From Candidatus Helarchaeota archaeon (lineage in GTDB: Archaea; Asgardarchaeota; Lokiarchaeia; Helarchaeales; RDOG01): a stretch of DNA of 15,358 nt. The stretch spans positions 2,215 through 17,572 of the forward strand of contig JALGVI010000070.1 in assembly GCA_029838215.1 (NCBI GenBank). The letters are read 5' to 3'. Below the pieces are notes generated by a model. The model saw nothing but the letters and a program-made list of their open reading frames with translations. It had not been told where the DNA came from and made no database searches. Each line of letters starts with the position of its first letter. The stretch's first letter is position 1. Positions 7,717 through 14,533 of this stretch are shown here, one piece after another. The position numbers and the translations under genes were made by a program.

Positions 7717-7720
7717 GGAG
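7714..7720 (+). promoter_or_regulatory. Stop codon overlapping the Shine-Dalgarno site (TGAGGAG) of the 738-aa gene
   Basis: TGA 7714-7716 and GAGGAG 7715-7720, 9 nt before ATG 7730. Confidence 0.6.
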
Positions 7721-7729
7721 CAATTATCA

Positions 7730-9946
7730 ATGTTTGAATCCGAATCCCTGGAAATTCCCAAGAAGAGAAAAATCCTATACGATTTTATCTGGAAAATGAT
7801 TGAAATTCAGAAGGCAAAGGAAGTTTCCATGGCAATTTCGGATCAGGACTTGGTAGTTAAAGAATTAAATCTTTTATATTCAAAATTTGAAGATTTTGAC
7901 AATAAAATATTGAATAAATTTCAAGATTTAGCCGAAGAAAAGCTTAACGTGGCTGCACTAAAACGTTTTTTGGAAAAAATGACACCTCTTGCAACTACAA
8001 TTCCTGAAGAAGTTTCTTTATTGAATTCTGTAAGTATAATTCTAAAAGAAAAACATCAACCTCTTGAATCTGACGTGCAGAAGCCCGGTCTTTCCCAAGA
8101 TTCAAATCAAATCATCACGCGCTTACAAAAGATTGGTGGAATTTTATCTAATCTCGAAATTGATCTTGGTCGAATATCAAGCATTCAAGAAAAGCAAAGG
8201 AAAGAAATCTTGGAAGAAAATGAAGCTAAATTAGTTGAATTAAAAAGAATTAGTACTAAATTCAAGCAACTGGAATCCCAACAAGACGTAAATGCGCTTT
8301 TTAACATGCTTCAGGAAAGCAGTCGCCAGTTACGTTATCAACCGCTTTTGTATTCAATTAGTCAAATATCGCGATCCTATAAAGATGGGCGCATCTCTGC
8401 AGAAAAAGCACGAAACCTCTTCGACCTTGTCTTATATCAAAAATTCACCGAAGCACTCGTATTCAATGTTCTTCTTTTAATTGAGAAGGCATCTCCTGGA
8501 GAAATCGCAACCCTAGTGGGAATTGAAACCGATAGAGTCTTTCAAGCCCTTCTGACTCTTATTGACGATGGGAAAATAGAAGGCCGCATGGAAGATTCCA
8601 CCTATTTTCCAATAAAAAAGGAAATTCTTCTCCAAAAATCTATATCAAATTTAAAAAAGGCACTCACTTACTTAATTAAAACTTCATCAAACGAAATTGT
8701 GTCAATAATCGATGAAATAATTCGAAAAATTGATGACATTGACAAAATTTTATTGAAAATCCGCGATCTTGATGAAACACCTTTCCAAACCTCCTTACAA
8801 GAGATTAATGAAATGGTGTCATTCATTAACTTGGATCTTGGAGGAGCGTCTTCTTCCGAAAATATCATTAAATCTCGTTTAGATGGGATGATTGAAGCAA
8901 TAAAACTGGGTCGTCTTTACAAGATAATAGAAAAAGAGCAAATTTTGATTGAAGAAGAGAAAGTTCCCGAGAATCTGGTCGAAAGGATTACCGATGCTTC
9001 CATCATTACAGATTACAAGCGCGGCTTGATATTAAGTACTTTACGTACTAAAGGTGCTCTTTCTCTCCCAGAGTTAACAAATATTACGGGATTACCGTCG
9101 AATGAATTATTCATTGAGCTCCAAGACCTAAAAAATGCCGACTTGATAACCATTGTTGGCGAACGTGAAGGCTATCATCTTTTTGACATTCCCCGCATCC
9201 TGACGCCAGATGAACTATTCGTAGATGACTTCATTGAAAAAAGAATGAATGCGTATGATCTCATTTTAAATTTGGAAGAACAAGGAAAAAATATCGAGAG
9301 AAACTTTCATTCGATAAAAAACACTTTAACCTCTTTACGAATACTGGTTAAATCATTCGATTCTCTTTCATTTGATGGGCTTGAGTTCGGAAATCTATTT
9401 GCTGAATCTTTTCTGAACGTCATTTCGGAAGTTCAAGAAACATTTTCAAAAATTAAGACTACTGTTAAGGTTGGAAAGATAGAAATCGATTTTGATAAAC
9501 TCGTCCCCATTCCAATTCCACAAACTGAGGATGAGTTCGCACATCTTATCGAGCCAACAGAATTAATGGGCTTCGGGACTATCGAATGCAATGAAAGTTT
9601 ATGTCTTACGTGTGGAAAGTGTGAGTCCGTATGCCCTGAAGGGGCTGCAATCTTGAAACAGGAATGGAATATTCCTCTCTTTTTCAAGCTTACTGATGAA
9701 GAATTAAAAGCATTACCTGAAAATAGACGAATGTTAATTCAATCCTTGAGAAATATTGCGAAAAAAACGCCAGAACGCCCGATTCTGATTCCTCGTAATG
9801 CAAAGGGTTATGGGCGTGCAACTTTTAATCCCATGAAATGCATTGCGTGTAAGGAATGCGTCGATAAATGTCCAATAGAAGCGATCACGTTTGAAGAAAT
9901 ATGGAATTTTCCTGAAGTCTTGAAAGGAATCTTAAAATTGACGTAA
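7730..9946 (+). CDS. Unrecognised 738-aa protein: helical/coiled-coil regions, two putative winged-helix domains and a C-terminal 2x[4Fe-4S] ferredoxin domain
   Basis: Long ORF with GAGGAG RBS at 7715-7720. CLTCGKCESVCP at 9602-9637 and CIACKECVDKCP at 9839-9874. HTH-like segments at ~8447-8611 (SPGEIATLVGIETDRVFQALLTLIDDGKIEG) and ~9002-9187 (LSLPELTNITGLPSNELFIELQDLKNADLI). The CDS is confident; the wHTH calls are by eye. Confidence 0.85.
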   Translation: MFESESLEIPKKRKILYDFIWKMIEIQKAKEVSMAISDQDLVVKELNLLYSKFEDFDNKILNKFQDLAEEKLNVAALKRFLEKMTPLATTIPEEVSLLNSVSIILKEKHQPLESDVQKPGLSQDSNQIITRLQKIGGILSNLEIDLGRISSIQEKQRKEILEENEAKLVELKRISTKFKQLESQQDVNALFNMLQESSRQLRYQPLLYSISQISRSYKDGRISAEKARNLFDLVLYQKFTEALVFNVLLLIEKASPGEIATLVGIETDRVFQALLTLIDDGKIEGRMEDSTYFPIKKEILLQKSISNLKKALTYLIKTSSNEIVSIIDEIIRKIDDIDKILLKIRDLDETPFQTSLQEINEMVSFINLDLGGASSSENIIKSRLDGMIEAIKLGRLYKIIEKEQILIEEEKVPENLVERITDASIITDYKRGLILSTLRTKGALSLPELTNITGLPSNELFIELQDLKNADLITIVGEREGYHLFDIPRILTPDELFVDDFIEKRMNAYDLILNLEEQGKNIERNFHSIKNTLTSLRILVKSFDSLSFDGLEFGNLFAESFLNVISEVQETFSKIKTTVKVGKIEIDFDKLVPIPIPQTEDEFAHLIEPTELMGFGTIECNESLCLTCGKCESVCPEGAAILKQEWNIPLFFKLTDEELKALPENRRMLIQSLRNIAKKTPERPILIPRNAKGYGRATFNPMKCIACKECVDKCPIEAITFEEIWNFPEVLKGILKLT

Positions 9947-9958
9947 TTGGTGATGAAA

Positions 9959-10507
9959 ATGAATGAATTTAATACAACTCCGGAATTTACCGAGTGCTTG
10001 ACTGAAGAAGATTTAGATCCGAATTTCAAGCACGAAATTGCGGCAATGCCTGATGGAAAAACCATCCTTGCCTGTTATCAATGTGGTACCTGCTCTTCAA
10101 GTTGTCCAATAACGTGTGTTGCCGAATTTGCACCCAGTCAAATCATTCGAATGGCTCTACTCGGCTTAAAGAAACCACTTTTAGAGTCTGAAGCAATAAA
10201 CTCCGTTTGGCTTTGTGCTACTTGCGGGACTTGTATTGAGAGATGTCCTCAAGGCGTAGAAGTCACTAACGTGCTTCATGCCATTAAAAACTACATCTTC
10301 AAGACATTACAGAAAATTCCAAAAGGACTCAAGGTTGTTTCCGAGACCATTGTAGAACTAGGACGATCCATCGAGATATCTGACTTTCAAGAAGATGAGC
10401 GAGACGATCTTGACCTACCTGCAGTTCCCGAAGCTGATGTCGAAAGTGTTAGAACCATATTAAAAGATACTGAGATAGGAAAGAGATTCATGGAAAAGGA
10501 GGAATGA
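9959..10507 (+). CDS. hdrC: Heterodisulfide reductase subunit C (2x[4Fe-4S])
   Basis: CYQCGTCSSSCP..P..IIRMA.LG....VWLCATCGTCIERCPQGV. The ORF track starts at TTG 9947, but GGTGA at 9949-9953 favours ATG 9959. Confidence 0.95.
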   Translation: MNEFNTTPEFTECLTEEDLDPNFKHEIAAMPDGKTILACYQCGTCSSSCPITCVAEFAPSQIIRMALLGLKKPLLESEAINSVWLCATCGTCIERCPQGVEVTNVLHAIKNYIFKTLQKIPKGLKVVSETIVELGRSIEISDFQEDERDDLDLPAVPEADVESVRTILKDTEIGKRFMEKEE

Positions 10508-10510
10508 TGT

Positions 10511-11392
10511 ATGGATTATGCTTATTTTTTGGGATGTACCGTTCCTGCAAGGACCAATCAATACGATGCAGCTACCCGGAAAGTCGCCGAAAAACTAGGA
10601 ATTGGATTAAATGACATTGAAGGTGCTAGCTGTTGCGGTTTAAATTTCAAGTATCTTGATCGTAAAGCATGGCTTCTGATGGCTGCTAGAAACATCGTGC
10701 TTGCAGAACGAATGAACATGAACATCATGACCTTATGTAATGGATGCTACGAAACATTGAAGGAAGTGAATCACGAGCTTAAGTTACACGATTCTCTACG
10801 CCAAGACATGAACAAGACATTACAAAAAGTGGGTTTGGAATTTCAAGGAACCATCGAGATCCTCCATCTGGTTGACGTTCTTGCCGGGCTGGACAAAGAA
10901 CTTATCCGTTCCAAGTTCTCAATTCCTTTAAAAGGTTTGAAAGTAGCCGTTCATTATGGATGTCACCTATTAAAGCCATCTAGAATAATTCAATTCGACG
11001 ACCCCGAGAATCCTCATGTCCTAGACGACCTCGTGGAGCTTACAGGTGCAAAAGCTGTTGCGTGGGATGATAAACTCACCTGTTGTGGTGGACCTCTTCT
11101 TTCCGTGAATGAAGACCTATCCGTCCGACTGGCTCTCGATAAGTTTAAAGGTGCCCATTCCGCCGGAGCCGACATCCTGCTAAGCGTTTGTCCTTTTTGC
11201 ACGATTCAATTTGATCTCATTCAATTAAAAGTCCAAGAGAAATATAATTTGGATTTCGAAATACCCGTGATCTTCTTGCCTCAACTTTATGGGCTTGCAA
11301 TGGGAATGGACCCTGACGAATTAGGTGTTGAGCTACATCGGATTCCACTGGAGGATGTTATCGAATCGATTCAGGAAGCTACTACCGAATAG
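10511..11392 (+). CDS. hdrB: Heterodisulfide reductase subunit B (two CCG domains)
   Basis: YFLGC..SCCG..LCNGCY and VAVHYGCH..TCCGG..VCPFC: both five-Cys CCG domains are complete. C-terminal PV..LPQL.GLAMG tail. GGAGGA RBS at 10498-10503. Confidence 0.96.
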   Translation: MDYAYFLGCTVPARTNQYDAATRKVAEKLGIGLNDIEGASCCGLNFKYLDRKAWLLMAARNIVLAERMNMNIMTLCNGCYETLKEVNHELKLHDSLRQDMNKTLQKVGLEFQGTIEILHLVDVLAGLDKELIRSKFSIPLKGLKVAVHYGCHLLKPSRIIQFDDPENPHVLDDLVELTGAKAVAWDDKLTCCGGPLLSVNEDLSVRLALDKFKGAHSAGADILLSVCPFCTIQFDLIQLKVQEKYNLDFEIPVIFLPQLYGLAMGMDPDELGVELHRIPLEDVIESIQEATTE

Positions 11393-11406
11393 CCTAAAAC
11401 GGTCAG

Positions 11407-12573
11407 CTATATTTTTCCTAATGTTGACTCGTAGAGTTGCCGTTCTTCTTTTATGGCTTTGTTTTGGATTTCTAAACGAATACTACATTCCTTTGCTTCA
11501 ATAACTTGCTTGTAAAATTTCTCTTCCAAGTCTTGCAATTTCTCTGTTACTTGCCTCGTGGATTTAGACAAGGCCATTTCATGTTGCCACCATAATTTGT
11601 TTGACTCCTGCCTTGCTGAAGCCGAAAAAAATTCTGCCAACTCCGTTGTCTCAAATACGAACGGTTTAAAGAAGCTTGCACAAGGATGCGGCGTTCCTGT
11701 AAACCAATGAACATGACACGGATCTTCTGCTTTAATGAGAGAAACTTGAGATGCAGTCGATCGAAAGCCGCCGTGCATGCAAATTCCTGCTTCGTGGTCT
11801 CTTAATATGGACATCATGGTTTTAGGCGTGATTTTGCCAAATCCTGTCTTTAAAAGATGATATCCACGACCTTCTCGACAGAACTGGCTGTCATAGTCAG
11901 CCACTTCCCCTGATGCGAAGCACTTTGCAAAGTTGAAATCCGAATCATCCCTACAATAACCCTTTTCAACGGCATATTCCACGATGCCATCTGCTTTTCG
12001 GTCGAACTGAGTCTCAATGGACACGGCATTGGAAATATTACGCACGCCATCCCTAACCCGCTCGGCTACCCACCATTTATCGGCCGTTTCCAAGATCCAT
12101 GCTTCTCTAGCATCTGCAATTAGAAAGGAATTATGATACGTGAAAGAAGAATCACCCTCGGAGCAACCGCCACCTTGCCCGTGAGCTTCTAATAATGAAA
12201 CAATTACTTCCAGTGCCTTCTCTGCTGTTTCTCCACGCTCAAGTCCTAATCGAAGGAGATCCATGCCCAAAAGTGCTGTTGGACCATCCGGTTCTCTCGT
12301 CCAAATGGCCTCATTTCCAATCACGACACCTTTTTCATTTGCTCCCATTTCGCCACCAAACATCCATGCCGGTTGTGATAAAAAAATGGCAAGAGTCTTG
12401 CTTGCTTGGGGGATTTCAATATAGGTACATTTAACGGTTGCGTCTCGTGAATACTCCCTTGATGGATAATATTGAATGTTTTGAACTTCGTTATAAGGTC
12501 GGTCGCTATTCTTCCCAAATACCGTGGCACCATCGGGGGTTGCAGATCCCAAAGCCACGAAAGTATCGCACAA
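11407..12573 (-). CDS. Secernin-like C69-family Ntn-hydrolase (dipeptidase-like)
   Basis: TTG start followed by CDTFVA (N-terminal nucleophile Cys), GKNSDRP, CTYIEIPQ, EMGANE.GV.IGNEA, LLGMDL.RLGLER, GQGG.C, YHNSFLIAD, FTGTP.P..S.FKPF. AGGAG RBS at 12583-12587 (minus strand). Confidence 0.9.
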   Translation of the reverse strand: MCDTFVALGSATPDGATVFGKNSDRPYNEVQNIQYYPSREYSRDATVKCTYIEIPQASKTLAIFLSQPAWMFGGEMGANEKGVVIGNEAIWTREPDGPTALLGMDLLRLGLERGETAEKALEVIVSLLEAHGQGGGCSEGDSSFTYHNSFLIADAREAWILETADKWWVAERVRDGVRNISNAVSIETQFDRKADGIVEYAVEKGYCRDDSDFNFAKCFASGEVADYDSQFCREGRGYHLLKTGFGKITPKTMMSILRDHEAGICMHGGFRSTASQVSLIKAEDPCHVHWFTGTPHPCASFFKPFVFETTELAEFFSASARQESNKLWWQHEMALSKSTRQVTEKLQDLEEKFYKQVIEAKECSIRLEIQNKAIKEERQLYESTLGKI

Positions 12574-12623
12574 AATATCAAGCTCCTTTGAAAAAAATTC
12601 TTCTTCTTACTTGAATAATCGCT

Positions 12624-12649
12624 AAAAAAGAATTTATTATAACTTTTGA
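12624..12649. promoter_or_regulatory. Candidate bidirectional archaeal promoter (BRE-TATA) between the divergent C69 hydrolase and amidohydrolase genes
   Basis: TTTATTATAA at 12633-12642 is preceded by a purine tract on each strand (AAAAAAGAA on +, TCAAAAG on -), inside a 112-bp AT-rich divergent spacer. Confidence 0.4.
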
Positions 12650-12685
12650 TGAAGTAATACAAATAAATTTAATGAGTCGAGATTT

Positions 12686-13546
12686 ATGAGAATTGACTTC
12701 CATTGCCACGTGTTTCGCGTTTTGAATTCCAGAGAAGCCATCCAAAAACAATTCGACGGGTTTCAAGGATACGGATTTTACGAACGAATGCTTTTAACGA
12801 TTAAAAACGTGAAATCAATTAAAACCAATGACGTGATTGAAAAAACGCTTTTTCACGTGAAGAAAGCCGGAATCGATAAAGTTGTTCTACTCCCACTGAG
12901 CATCAAGGAGAATGACGTGGTTAAAAACTGGTACAAAGCCGCACCCGAGGTATTCATTCCGTTTTTCAATCCTCCTGAGAAGATTAACGGCGATCAGAGT
13001 CCTGAGACGATAATTGAAAAGGCTCTTAAGGAAGACGAATATCGCGGATTAAAAATCATGCTACCATTCCGCAAGAAGCATTTGAACGATAAAATCTTAT
13101 ATCCTGCACTTGAAATGGCTCAACAACATGATGTCCCCGTCGTGATGCATGCTGGTTATCCGCCTCCAGGCACGAAAAAACAGGTCTTGACTTATTCGAA
13201 TCCCATCAAGATCGTGGATTTCATTGATTCTTTTCCCAAGTTAAACTTGGTTATCGCGCACATGGGCTTTCCATGGGTCGATGTTGCTATTTCCTTAGCC
13301 ATGCAATATCAAAGTGTTTATTTGGATGTCAGTAACTTGACTTACATGATGCCGAGACGTCTAAAGGATTTTCTAATGAGAGCACGCGAGATAATTGGAC
13401 TTGATAAGATCTTATTCGGGTCAGACACGTTTGTTCCCGAAATGATTGAAGTTACTGCACGGTATTTTAATGATGTAAGTTTTTTATCAAGAGAAGAAGT
13501 TAAAAAAATATTAGGTTTAAATGCTAAAAGACTTCTCCATTTGTGA
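12686..13546 (+). CDS. Amidohydrolase_2-family metal-dependent TIM-barrel hydrolase/decarboxylase; substrate unknown
   Basis: N-terminal IDFHCH (HxH), VVMHAG, LVIAHMG.PW, VYLDVS, KILFGSD and C-terminal ILG.NA.RL motifs. Confidence 0.88.
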   Translation: MRIDFHCHVFRVLNSREAIQKQFDGFQGYGFYERMLLTIKNVKSIKTNDVIEKTLFHVKKAGIDKVVLLPLSIKENDVVKNWYKAAPEVFIPFFNPPEKINGDQSPETIIEKALKEDEYRGLKIMLPFRKKHLNDKILYPALEMAQQHDVPVVMHAGYPPPGTKKQVLTYSNPIKIVDFIDSFPKLNLVIAHMGFPWVDVAISLAMQYQSVYLDVSNLTYMMPRRLKDFLMRAREIIGLDKILFGSDTFVPEMIEVTARYFNDVSFLSREEVKKILGLNAKRLLHL

Positions 13547-13560
13547 TTTCGGCGAATTAA

Positions 13561-14460
13561 TCAATCATGCATTTTTTTAAATTTCAGGTGAATGAAACGA
13601 ATTAAATTTTTATCAGGATTAAAAAAGGGATTGGACAAGACTTTTTCTTTCAAATCTGGATGAGACAGGATCTTGGAATGAAATGGAAATTCTTCAACGA
13701 CTTCAATGCAATCGTTATATTTTTTCAAGTCCATTACTTTTTCTACGTGCCAATGCATTTCCATGTCAAATTGCGAGCCCAACTCTTTCGACTTTCTCAC
13801 GTTTTCATTGATTAACTGCGCTCCCTTTTCCGTCACAGCATCAAAAAGTAAAGCGCCTCCAAAAAATCTTGCCGGGAGCCATTGAAATAATTCCATCATT
13901 TGTTTTTCCGTGAAATAATGGAAAACTCCTGCAGCAAATAAAAAAACGCCGTTTGTCGCATCATGTTCTACGGATTCGGTCCAAGTCTCATCAAAGATCG
14001 ACCCTGCAATTGTTTTGGATCGCTTGGTTTCGGAAATGAATTTTTTTCGGAACTCTATTGCATCTGGCAAATCCAAGTCATACCAGTAAATTTGTCCATT
14101 ATCGACTTTGGAGAAAGTCGTGTCAAGACCAGCACCAAGATTTATGATCGTAGAATTAGGGTGTTTTGAGATGTATTCGCGAAGCACGGTTTCGATGCTT
14201 TTGATTCGAGCGACACAACCAATACGCGTGGTTTCGTCGTATAATTTAGAAATTAGCTCGAATTCCACGTCTAATTTCTTGACGATATTTTCGGCAAACA
14301 GGTCTTTATAAATGTAATCTTCGTCATGACTGACTAATGCTCTTCCAAACATGGAAAAAAGGATATTCTTTTCCAATTCAGAAAAATGAAAAGATTTCTT
14401 TTGGTTTTTCACCAATTTCTTTAGTTCTTCATTCCCTATTCCATCGATCAAATTTGACAT
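13561..14460 (-). CDS. Class I SAM-dependent methyltransferase, LCM/TcmP-like (O-methyltransferase) family
   Basis: R......D..A....., IINLGAGLDT, WYDLDLPD.IE.R, GSIFD..W, AAGVFHYF and LLFD motifs. GGGAGG RBS at 14467-14472 (minus strand). Confidence 0.87.
   Translation of the reverse strand: MSNLIDGIGNEELKKLVKNQKKSFHFSELEKNILFSMFGRALVSHDEDYIYKDLFAENIVKKLDVEFELISKLYDETTRIGCVARIKSIETVLREYISKHPNSTIINLGAGLDTTFSKVDNGQIYWYDLDLPDAIEFRKKFISETKRSKTIAGSIFDETWTESVEHDATNGVFLFAAGVFHYFTEKQMMELFQWLPARFFGGALLFDAVTEKGAQLINENVRKSKELGSQFDMEMHWHVEKVMDLKKYNDCIEVVEEFPFHSKILSHPDLKEKVLSNPFFNPDKNLIRFIHLKFKKMHD
13572..13578 (+). terminator. Possible archaeal oligo-T terminator for the amidohydrolase gene
   Basis: T7 run 25 nt after the TGA at 13544-13546, lying within the 3' end of the convergent methyltransferase gene, where it also encodes KK. 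Confidence 0.25.
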
Positions 14461-14533
14461 AAACCGCCTCCCTTTTAAGTCATCTACTGGAATTACTGAA
14501 TAAATAGAAGAAATTCGTGAGATAATAATCTTT

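Noticed and set aside
553-10507. Genome-wide stop-codon reassignment (UGA or UAG), or Sec/Pyl at the gene ends
   Set aside because: Other TGA stops (4315, 5613, 7714) run into further stops or meaningless sequence if read through. The in-frame stops are not at catalytic or Cys positions, and the downstream genes have their own RBS.
11393-13560. Hairpin terminators at the two 14-bp convergent junctions (11393-11406 and 13547-13560)
   Set aside because: There is no stable stem-loop, only a 4-bp TTCG/CGAA inverted repeat and short T runs. The equal spacer lengths look coincidental.
13561-14460. LCM-family methyltransferase as a eukaryote-like PP2A leucine carboxyl methyltransferase
   Set aside because: The motifs (NLGAGLDT, WYDLDLP, GSIFD) fit the widespread prokaryotic TcmP-like subgroup, and no phosphatase gene is nearby.
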